Shown here: in pieces, positions 8,880 through 17,472 of the stretch
How positions within the stretch are numbered: position 1 is the first letter of the stretch
How the letters are laid out: every line of letters starts with the position of its first letter
Assembly (NCBI GenBank): GCA_900617105.1
Contig: UYFQ01000549.1
Span: 48,596-68,595, forward strand
DNA from: Hydrurus foetidus
Taxonomy: Eukaryota
Direction: 5' to 3'
DNA length: 20,000 nucleotides
Translations under genes and position numbers: made by a program
The notes under the pieces: model-generated
What the model was told of the DNA's origin: nothing
The model's database searches: none
The model's input: only the letters and a program-made list of their open reading frames with translations

Positions 8880-10850
8880 TTATTTAATATTAGTTCGTAA
8901 AGACTTGTCAACGAGCCTGTGCGTTAGGTATTCGAAAAGTGGTAGTGGAACTCTTTTCGTACCTATGTCTGAGTTGTTTTCGCCCGAAGGGATTTTAACA
9001 ATGACACAGGTACCATCGGCGACTTTGTCCTTAAAGTAGTTTTCGCTCAGGTCAATGTGACGAAGGTTCTTGGTCATGTGTGTATGATTTGAAGCATCAA
9101 CACAAGCAGAATTGTCTTCTTCGATGACTGTAGGAGCTTGTGTCCATCCCATGTGGTTTAGTATGCCCCGGAGGGGAATGACATCGGATTTAACTGCCTT
9201 GATTTCGGATTCCGCAGTTGATGATGAGATGCTGCCCTGGTCGGTACTCTTCCAGCAGATGACATTGTCGGCGAGGTAGCCAATGTAGGAGGTCTGGGAG
9301 TGACGGTTGTCTTTGTTACCGGCGAGGTCGGCGTCGCATTGGAACTTCAACTGCAGTAGACTGGTCATCGTAGCGATGTCGGTGGGACCGTCGTGTGTGG
9401 TGAATTTCAGTCTATCCATCTTGGCGTACTTGACATATCGAAGTAAGTGCTTAAGAAACTTGATGTGTCTTGCACCTGGACTGTTACTATATCTTGATAG
9501 TATGTTGAGAGCGTACATGATTGTGATCAATGTGTGTACCATACCGTACATAAGCTGACCAACTACCCGTCGGTAGGGATACTTATTATACATGTGCCTA
9601 TCGAGATCGGTAGAGTTGTCCGCCTTGGACAGACTCTCACCAGAAGGTGGATATGGTAGATGCTCATCGGCGGCGCCAGCAAGGTTGGCCTCCGATACAA
9701 TGGATGTGATCATGCGTGATTGATCCATGTAGTAGTTGAAGTTTTCATCGCATGTAATGCGGATGCCGACGAACTCTTTGGAGGTCGCGTCGGTGACTTC
9801 ATACTTGTGGGAGTTGAATGTAGCGATGAGGAGATCCCATTCGCTAATGAATGCAAGTGGTCCGAACCACCTGAAGTCGTCTGAGTGTGCTATCAGTATC
9901 AGGGGTTGACCTTGGACCCACTTAAAGAAGAACTTTAAGTCCCACGGTGTGTTTTCGTATCCACATTCGCGTACACATTTGTCGAATTCCTTTGAGAAAT
10001 TCTGGCCTGCTGGTGGAAAACCGTAGAGGTTGCCAATGGCTTGAAAGCATGTGCCAAAAGGTGTGGTGTAACCTTGAGGTGTCTTGATGTGAACGGGAAA
10101 GTCGGGGTTAGCGAGTGTGATTAAGTAGGCGCCTACTAAATCTCCTCCCCGCATGGATAATTTGTAGGTTGCGGCTATGACGAGTGCAATCTTGATCGAT
10201 GACGCATTGACATTACCGCAGTATACTGCGTAGGGGTCGAAGTCGACCCAGGGTATCATGAGATCACCACGACCTACGAGGCGGGCCTTCTTGGTGCCGT
10301 CAGTCTTGATACTGAAGAGCCACATCATTGGTACGAGGTGCTGGCCGGTGAAGGGGACAGACCTGAAGCAGTTGTTGACTTCAAACTTAGTTCGCTCAGT
10401 GTTGATGGCCTGTTCCCACTCTGGGTACTGCATTGCGGTCCAGAAGTCTTTGGGGATGTAGGGATCCTTGATTTGGACTGCTATGTTGTAGTGCAGGACA
10501 CGGAAGAGGTGAACAGGAAAGCATGTGGAAGAACTGGTGTAGGTGGACCAGTATATCATGTCATCGTTGACTGAGTGCTCTGTCTCAGGGACAGGGGTTA
10601 TATAGTCGGGTTCGATAAGGGGTGCAGGTGAGGGGAGGCCGGGTAGGTCGACTCGCTCAGGCACCACAATAGGGTCATTATTATTATCAGTATAGTAGAG
10701 GGACGGGATGAGGGCGAAGGCCTCGTCGGTAGGGAAGTGTGCATCTGAGTCATGCTTGAAGTTGTTGTGCATGTCGAAGATGACATCCTTACTGACTCGA
10801 ACAGTACCGTAGGTGTTCTTGGGTAGTATTCTAATACTAAGTATTATAGA
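8880..10850 (-). CDS. pol: Copia reverse transcriptase + RNase H (C-terminal pol frame)
   Basis: KARLVGRG, GDLVGAYL, LYGFPPAG, AHSDDF, YRRVVGQLMY; RNase H CDADLAG, STAESE, EEDNSAC, SDIGTK. The frame is open upstream of ATG 10772 (…YGTVRVSKDVIFD). Confidence 0.93.
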   Translation of the reverse strand, partial: SIILSIRILPKNTYGTVRVSKDVIFDMHNNFKHDSDAHFPTDEAFALIPSLYYTDNNNDPIVVPERVDLPGLPSPAPLIEPDYITPVPETEHSVNDDMIYWSTYTSSSTCFPVHLFRVLHYNIAVQIKDPYIPKDFWTAMQYPEWEQAINTERTKFEVNNCFRSVPFTGQHLVPMMWLFSIKTDGTKKARLVGRGDLMIPWVDFDPYAVYCGNVNASSIKIALVIAATYKLSMRGGDLVGAYLITLANPDFPVHIKTPQGYTTPFGTCFQAIGNLYGFPPAGQNFSKEFDKCVRECGYENTPWDLKFFFKWVQGQPLILIAHSDDFRWFGPLAFISEWDLLIATFNSHKYEVTDATSKEFVGIRITCDENFNYYMDQSRMITSIVSEANLAGAADEHLPYPPSGESLSKADNSTDLDRHMYNKYPYRRVVGQLMYGMVHTLITIMYALNILSRYSNSPGARHIKFLKHLLRYVKYAKMDRLKFTTHDGPTDIATMTSLLQLKFQCDADLAGNKDNRHSQTSYIGYLADNVICWKSTDQGSISSSTAESEIKAVKSDVIPLRGILNHMGWTQAPTVIEEDNSACVDASNHTHMTKNLRHIDLSENYFKDKVADGTCVIVKIPSGENNSDIGTKRVPLPLFEYLTHRLVDKSLRTNIK

Positions 10851-11575
10851 TGCAAACCAACCAAACGAAAGGCACGAGGTGACCCAACTTTACTTTTCTG
10901 ATCTGGCTGCTTGACATAGCCGGGTGCCCAGAATGGTCGACGCATCCTGATATCCACGTGTTGCCCAGAAGTGAAGTGATACGGAGAAGTACCAATACGC
11001 TTGTTAAGGTTAAAGGAATGAGTAACACATGCATAGGACATTGCAAGGTCCCAGAACTTCATTGGCACATGCGGAACAGGGGTTATCATGGCAACGTTGG
11101 TCTTGAGAGCTACAATGCCGACTGCTCGCTCAGCGATGCCGTTGGCATGTTTGTCACGAGGTGCAGTGTGCTCAAGTCGGTATCGGTATCGGATGCAAAG
11201 CGCTGTAAACTCTTCAGATCGGTAGTTGGCCTCTGTGTCATGCCGGATGAAGCGATCAACCCCAGGAGTATTGTCGTTCCATTGGGGGGTTAGGTCGAAG
11301 AAGGCTGCAATGCGGGCACAGAGTTCAGAGGCAGACCGGTCTTTTGTATATACAGGATAGTATTGTCCCGACGCGAGGTCGGTGAGGATGTGAGTGTAAC
11401 GGTAGTTACGGAAGGATGGAGTCGAGTGGGTATAGGCATCCAAGGAGAACTGCTGGCCGACGAGGGTAGTTGTGTCTCTGTGGATGCGACGATAGTCTGT
11501 GGATGCTTGACGCATGGCGCCATGGGCGCATCCAGGACAGACCGGACGGGAGGTGTGTGCGTCTTTGGTGGTGAA
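10844..11575 (-). pseudogene. pol: Copia integrase core, frameshifted relative to RT near 10855 and 5'-truncated
   Basis: CPGC (second half of HHCC), FSLDAY, IRHDTEANY, NGIAERAVG, FWDLAM, TSPY. Confidence 0.9.
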
Positions 11576-11626
11576 CCACGATGTAATATCGTGCAACGGG
11601 AAATAGTTAATTATGAGTTATAAACT

Positions 11627-12010
11627 TGTTTGGCGACACAGCAGGTAACGAGTGGTGGCAAGCAATCTACCTAGAAGTTACTCTGACGTTGCAATTCCTG
11701 ATATATCAGATTGCAAGAGATGAATCTCTGCATATGATAAATGAGGTAGTAGTTCATACTCTTATACATACTGAAAGGATGGTAGGTGACCAGTCTCGTA
11801 CTGAATGCTACCTGGGTCTACTGAGGCTATGTTTGAGGTACTATGCATACGATACTAAAGGCATTGAGGAAGCGACTTGACTGTATGCTATTGTGTGTTC
11901 CTTAACATGCATTTAAACACTAAAATGTGAATTATCTATAATGCTAATTGGTGATTATCTTTACGGTATATACGGCTGTAATATGCACGTATGGCAGTCG
12001 TAAGCCGACA
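11627..12010 (-). repeat. Candidate 3' LTR (about 384 bp) of a third LTR family
   Basis: The minus strand reads PPT-like ACGGGGTG (12018-12011) then TGTCGGC...GCCAAACA, with imperfect terminal inverted repeats. No second copy in the window. Confidence 0.5.
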
Positions 12011-12229
12011 CACCCCGTAATCAACAATTGCATATGTAATGAATATTTTGACTTCTTGACACTAATTGGAATGTCGATTCCGGCACTTGGTCTTATATGT
12101 TTAATCTCGTTCGAGCTTTTGTCGGTACGAATGATATTGAATATCAGGGCTATTGTCTCTCTAGAATTCTGTAACGTGAGCTTTTTATTGTTTGAATAAG
12201 TGAATATGTTAATTGGCATATGCTTGTAT

Positions 12230-12455
12230 TGTCAGTGCAGAATATTCATGCATGATCTGTTAGCATAGTTTCATCTGTAGATTAGCATTCACATGTCACA
12301 AGTAGTTTGGCTCCCTCAGGGTCTGCTACCCCATTCAGCCCATTCATTCCACATTAGTATCTTCGTGTTCACAGCCGCGACTATCAGTCACTAGCTAGTT
12401 TGTGCTGCTTTGCAGAAGTTACTAGCGTACCTTCTGTTTGCATCCCTAACTAACA
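12230..12455 (+). repeat. LTR relic: 12230-12306 is the first 77 bp of the family B LTR; the remainder is unrelated and ends CTAACA
   Basis: 75/77 identity to the start of the 8672 LTR and 73/77 to the 15592 LTR. TGTCAG...CTAACA termini; no TSD. Confidence 0.7.
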
Positions 12456-12887
12456 AGCTCCTTTCAGCCTTTAGGCAACGCTCCATTTGCAGTGCACTCT
12501 TCCGCTGAAACGTCCAGTGTCGCCTTCAGTCCCTGCGAAGCTGAATATCTTGCACTTGGAAGATGTGCTAAAGACGTCACTTTCTTTCGCCAATTTGCAT
12601 CTGATCTAGGCTTCCCCCAAACATCCCCAACGATCATTCGTGAAGACAACCAACCAGCCATCAACCTCACCATTGCACACCAGATCACCCGCAAGTCACG
12701 ACACATCGTTTTTAAATCTCATTACATACGCTGGCTCTTTAAGACCAAAGAGATCGTCCCTCAGCACATAAGCACACATGACATGATAGCCGACGGTCTG
12801 ACAAAAAGCCTGACCCCCTCAAAGTTCTTATGGTTCCGCAGCAAACTTCTCAACATTCCACCTACCTCACTCAACCCAACCTCATAA
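12456..12887 (+). pseudogene. C-terminal copia RNase H fragment of another family
   Basis: VAFSPCEAEY, IREDNQPAI, KSRHI...HYIR, MIADGLTKSL. The N-terminal catalytic Asp region is missing. Confidence 0.88.
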
Positions 12888-13463
12888 CTGTTAATTCACA
12901 CTTGCTGTCATACTGTTTTCACATAACTTATATTAAGCCACATATCGAATCATCGTATGTCGCTTACCGGCGCATGTCATTGCATTGTCATTTCAAACAT
13001 ACAGTACAACGCTCACCGAACAACCGAGCAGTCCCATTGAACGATGACGACCAGATCTTTCACTTGTTGAAGCAGTTCCGAACTGGTCGCGACCAGCTTT
13101 TTGAACAGCTACACATTGTCCATTTCAACTGCATCCATTTCACTCAATTTACCTCATCGTCTCCTTTCCACAATCACAATCTTTCAATCGGTAAACTTTA
13201 AACCAATTCTGTTTCTTATTAGGCCAAACCTTATAGCGCCACGGATCACAGATTTTCAATTGAAAATTGGTGATTTGTCGCCCTTTCAGACCCATATAGC
13301 GCCTCGGAATCGTATTTCAAAATTTGTATTGACCGATTTTGAAAATTTGAGACGGGATTTGGGGCACTTCTCCGTAATTCAATTCTCGTTTTGGACGACG
13401 ATATCTTGACCTAGGATGGCCAAGTAGATTACATTCAAATCACATTTAGACACTAATATCTCA

Positions 13464-14971
13464 ATGGCGACAACAAAGCGCCAGTTGCAGGTCGTCAGAT
13501 CCTTGTTGATTGCCGGAGCGGGCATGTCGATTCCATCATATGAAATGTCGCTCGGGCAAATCCAAGACAAAGTTATGACGCAAATGCATAGTCATGTATC
13601 CTCCTTCATCCAGCCGTCCTCTATACGCCTTCTGTCCAAAGATAAATACCTCCGAACCTGCAAATTCATGAATCATAGTGTCGAAGTGGATGATGAGCAC
13701 ACTGGCATTAGCCTGTGGAGAAAGTACGCCGACATTAAGAAGTATGTTACCAACGGCATCACTCCCTTCTATTTTAAATGTCTTGGGAAGGATGGTCTGA
13801 TACCATCGGGGAAATCCAAGGAAGAAATTTTGTTGAAGACTAGGGAGCTTTTGTTTAAGTCAGAACAGGATGCTTCAAAAAACCGCTCTACGGATCCAAG
13901 AGGTTATGTGGTGAAAGAATTTTCACCTGACTGGTATCCTACCGAGTGGGAAGTGTTTCTAATGTATGGAGCAGCTTCAGTGAAGCCTGATAAAGCTTTT
14001 TTACATTGAGTAAGTTGAAGCCTGATTATTTTAATCCTATGGTACGTTGCTAATAATAACTGTATTTTATCAGGAAGTCTTCTGGTCCATCGCCTATATC
14101 CTATCTTCCCGGAACCAACCAACAAAGTCTCAGTGCCGAAAGGCTCAGAGACATCTACAGAGAAAAGAAGAGACGCTAAGGAATAATGTCGAGCTGAAGA
14201 AACCCTCCAAACATGATCAACTCATCGATCAAGAATCTAAAGTCAGTGCCAACAACTTGGCTATCAACAAGGCAATGGTGGAGATGAAGTTGAGACAACA
14301 GGTAAATTAAATAATAGAACACAACTATATCACACTTTAATTCATTGCATTCTTATATTTTTCCGCAGAGAATCCTTGAATTGGAGAAGTTGCTGAACCT
14401 TGAATTCTTGCCGGATCAACAACGAGCCGACTCTCAGAAGGAGTACATGCTGTACTTAATTAATGGTGGGCCTGGCATTCAAAACTATCAGACGATGAAG
14501 GCAACTGAACCCGAAGCGGAGAATGAAGTTCCAACTGCCGTAGTCCTCATTGATGTGGAAGAGAACAATCCGAATGATACCAGTACCCAGTCCCTTACCT
14601 CTCATATAACATTGGAGAAATTCAACACAGACGCGGACACAGACGACGATGCAAATGCGAATTATGGAACCATTATTACCGACTCATCCAATTCAAGAAA
14701 TGATGTATTTACTCCTTCTGAGCCAACACAAGACACTACTGAAACAGCATATGAAATGTTCGAACGCCGTCAACGTCAGGTTCCTATCACCCGACCTTTC
14801 GTTTCCAGAAACGTTTCGTGCAGTTCCAATTCATCTCAACTTGTCAATTCAGGAAGGGTGACAAGAGGCTCTGCCCCAAAAAGATCACAGGCCGCTGTTA
14901 CTGCGGATGAAGAGGATGATAACGTGGACTATTTCTCGGTGCCAAAAAAGGGCAGAAAGGGGAAGAAATAA
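13464..14971 (+). pseudogene. Three-exon gene, probable Harbinger accessory (DNA-binding) protein, apparently frameshifted near the exon 1/2 junction
   Basis: Introns 14010-14073 (gtaagt...tatcag) and 14302-14368 (gtaaat...ccgcag); the second joins RQQ|RILE in frame. TGA 14007-14009 lies just before intron 1. Acidic/Ser-Thr tail ends in NLS-like PKKGRKGKK. Confidence 0.55.
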
Positions 14972-15186
14972 GTGGATACCATATGATGTAATGTTTTTTA
15001 AATTACAATTGTATGTCACATGATGTTAATGAATATTTTCGAAATGATAAACTAGCTTATAATCGACGTAGGAGTTAAATTTACAAAATAAAATAAAATT
15101 CTGAAATCAAGATTCAGTGATCGGTTAACGGATTTTATGATTACAATATTTACAAAAAGTTGATTTTTAACACATTTCTTCTTAAA

Positions 15187-15591
15187 TCAATGCACGTCAT
15201 TGATTGAATGTTTGAAGGCAAACTGATCTACCAATTTTTTATTTAATTCATTATAAGAAGTTTCATATTCTTCAACTTCTTCTCCATGCGAAATTTCAAA
15301 TCTATCTCTGACACGGTCAACTCCTATGAAACTATAATCAGCAACGGGTGATAAATTTTTGACTCTACTCAAATGCTGACGAGAAATAAACATAACTTCT
15401 GCAGCATGTTCACCATCTATACCAGGATAATTAATATCTTTTTCCCAACGTGCATCCAGACCATCAAAAGTAAGCAATAAATTATGAAAGATACAGCAAG
15501 TGAAGAACATATTATCTACTACATCTCTTGTGTTATAAAAAATAGGTACTTTCAGACAACGAAATCTACCTTTAAATGAACCAAATGTACA
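15187..15591 (-). pseudogene. C-terminus of a PIF/Harbinger (DDE_Tnp_4/HARBI1-like) transposase
   Basis: CTFGSFKGRFRCLK...FFTCCIFHNLLL matches the ExxFGxLKxRF...CCxLHN signature. The ORF-track start at 15615 lies inside the LTR. Confidence 0.85.
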
Positions 15592-16077
15592 TGTCAGTCC
15601 AGCATATTCATGCATGATCTGTTAGCATAGTTTCATCTGTAGCTTAGCATTCATATGTCACAAGTAGTGTAGCGCTTCCTCACCCAAAACACCGCCATAC
15701 ACTGTTGTGTACATACGCTCATCGTTCTTCTAGCGATATCCTCCTTCGGGGCCATCACCAAGCATCCGGTTTTCCACCAGGTATCCGGTTTCCACCAAGC
15801 ATCCGATTTCATGAGCAGCGAGGGTTCCGCCCATTGCTCAATCGCCAACTTGAATATTCGCTGAATATGTTTCCACTTCGGCGATCACCATTTCATGCAC
15901 AATGGATGCTTTGCTTTGCTTCTTTGATGGTTGTCTTCTCTGATATCATCGCCAGTTGTTTTACTACTTGATCGTTGTAAGTAAACACGTCTTCCGAGAC
16001 CACTTCCATCAGCCAGTCTTTCCTTTGCGCTTCCGCAGCCAACAGGTAGCTCGCTTCACTCCACAGTCTGACTCACA
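15592..16077 (+). repeat. 5' LTR of family B copy 2 (486 bp)
   Basis: TGTCAG...CTCACA. Differs from 8175-8672 by about 5 substitutions, a 10-bp indel and one internal repeat unit. Confidence 0.95.
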
Positions 16078-16088
16078 TGGTAGCGATT
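16078..16088 (+). promoter_or_regulatory. tRNA primer-binding site, probably initiator tRNA-Met
   Basis: TGGTAGCGA directly after the LTR CA; resembles the Ty1 PBS TGGTAGCGCC. Confidence 0.75.
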
Positions 16089-16167
16089 GCATAGAAAGTT
16101 CAGCAATCATCGATATAGTATCAATATATCAACGGTATCTCATCACAACAGATATCTCAAGTCGGCC

Positions 16168-17472
16168 ATGATGCTACGATCGTCCGACAACACAGACCAA
16201 AACAACGAGGAATACCATGACCCAACTGGGCTAGAGACTCCCAGCCGCGCCCAGCTGCCGCGCATGCTCTCCATGACCCTCGCAGAGTTCGATCAACGTG
16301 TCGCCGAGGCCATAAGAGCCCAAACTCAAAATTTGGTCACCAGCTCGACGGCAAATCGGCAAAATCCTTCGACACCAAACCGACCTCGACGAGGCTCCCA
16401 TGCAGAGGAAGCCACGCCACCGCGCCAAACTTCGGCAGAAGTTTCAGCAAGTGGGCTATCATATAATGCCGCTTTGGAATCCGTTTTGGAGCTCAAACGG
16501 CTAAAACTCGATCTCGTTCTGACGACCTCTTCCGAAATGGATAGCATCAAGCAAAACCAGATCACCACAACGACTGTGGGATCTAACAAGCGCTTCAAAG
16601 CTCTCGACAACATGCTCCACGTCGTTGGACTCTACCCAATGGCGATGGGCACGCGTCGCGAGCCAATCCCAACGAGGCACAACCCATCAGGATACTCGGA
16701 GCCTACAACGTCGGAGAATCTTGACGGCACCTTCAATTATGTCCCTGCCGACGATGTTACACGATGGGCCCACGACAAGAAACGTTTATACAACGTCATG
16801 TTGAACGCTTTCAGCGAGTCTACCCACTATCTATGTGCCGATTCCTTTACCTCTCGCGATGGGATCGCTATTTATAAACGTATGCACAAGCACTACTACG
16901 GACATACTGAAGCAGACATCAACCGACTCCGGCGGCTTCTACAAAACTTCAAGGGCTCCACGGCTACTTGTTTTCAAGAGGATTTAGTGAGGTTTACAAC
17001 GTTAATGACAGAATTCGAGTACGCCCAGGCCAGACCGAGCACCGAGCAGGAGCGCCTTCAATTCCTTCACAACGCCTTCATGAACGACCACCGCCCCAAC
17101 ACCAAATCCTACTTTATGTCCTGCCATAGCAACATGCTCACCTATCACCAAACTTTGGAGAGAGCTGTTGTCTATTCCGAGTATGCCCTCCTCCAAGACA
17201 AGCCGGTCAAGATAGCTGCCTTGTCCACTACCCCTGAAGCCTGCCGCAAGTTCCTCGCTGGTACCTGCCTTCTCGGTAACAAGTGCAAGTACTATCATGC
17301 TCCTGCTAAGCCACCGGCAGCGACACCTCCCTCTGGCAAAGCACATCCTCCTGCCCCACCTGGATCCGCTCCAGTCACGGACAAGAACCGGATCAAAGCC
17401 AAGGGCAAGTACCCTCCCAAGCAGACCTTCCCAGTGGCCGCGTCCCTTACCTCAAGAGCAACATCCCCATGA
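16168..17472 (+). CDS. gag: Gag-like protein of family B with a CCCH zinc finger
   Basis: First ATG after the PBS; copia gag-like DGIAIYKRMHKHYYG...LRRLL; CRKFLAGTCLLGNKCKYYH at 17242-17298. Confidence 0.8.
   Translation: MMLRSSDNTDQNNEEYHDPTGLETPSRAQLPRMLSMTLAEFDQRVAEAIRAQTQNLVTSSTANRQNPSTPNRPRRGSHAEEATPPRQTSAEVSASGLSYNAALESVLELKRLKLDLVLTTSSEMDSIKQNQITTTTVGSNKRFKALDNMLHVVGLYPMAMGTRREPIPTRHNPSGYSEPTTSENLDGTFNYVPADDVTRWAHDKKRLYNVMLNAFSESTHYLCADSFTSRDGIAIYKRMHKHYYGHTEADINRLRRLLQNFKGSTATCFQEDLVRFTTLMTEFEYAQARPSTEQERLQFLHNAFMNDHRPNTKSYFMSCHSNMLTYHQTLERAVVYSEYALLQDKPVKIAALSTTPEACRKFLAGTCLLGNKCKYYHAPAKPPAATPPSGKAHPPAPPGSAPVTDKNRIKAKGKYPPKQTFPVAASLTSRATSP

Larger units (their letters stand above)
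8175..11575 (-). mobile_element. Ty1/copia family B copy 1, 5'-truncated (IN-RT-RNase H-PPT-3' LTR)
   Basis: LTR matches 15592-16077 in reverse complement. 11531-11575 matches 19956-20000 in reverse complement (44/45) and similarity stops abruptly at 11575. Order is IN-RT-RH. Confidence 0.93.
13222..15591. mobile_element. Left part of a PIF/Harbinger-like DNA transposon (accessory gene and transposase tail-to-tail), interrupted by family B copy 2
   Basis: TTA (13219-13221) followed by GGCCAAACCTTATAGCGCC as candidate TSD/TIR; subterminal repeat TATAGCGCCWCGGA at 13232 and 13295; DDE_Tnp_4-like C-terminus on the minus strand. The boundary is inferred because the right end is outside the window. 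Confidence 0.65.

Noticed and set aside
11577..11606. Hairpin as a Helitron 3' end
   Set aside because: No CTRR terminus at the expected distance and no Rep/helicase sequence.
12447..12457. TAACTAACAAG shared with the element A LTR (4435-4445)
   Set aside because: Short and AT-rich, with no extended alignment; insufficient to claim homology.
8170..12460. TGCTC (8170-8174) and AGCTC (12456-12460) as a TSD around one composite insertion
   Set aside because: Only 4/5 match, the bounding LTR pieces are inverted, and the left flank does not encode the missing RNase H N-terminus.
13083..13096. Perfect 14-bp palindrome CTGGTCGCGACCAG
   Set aside because: Isolated, with no associated boundary or second copy; plausible by chance in 20 kb.
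8175..16077. Large inverted repeats as the TIRs of one DNA transposon or Polinton-like element
   Set aside because: Each repeat has LTR hallmarks (PPT at 8673, PBS at 16078) and belongs to its own copia copy.
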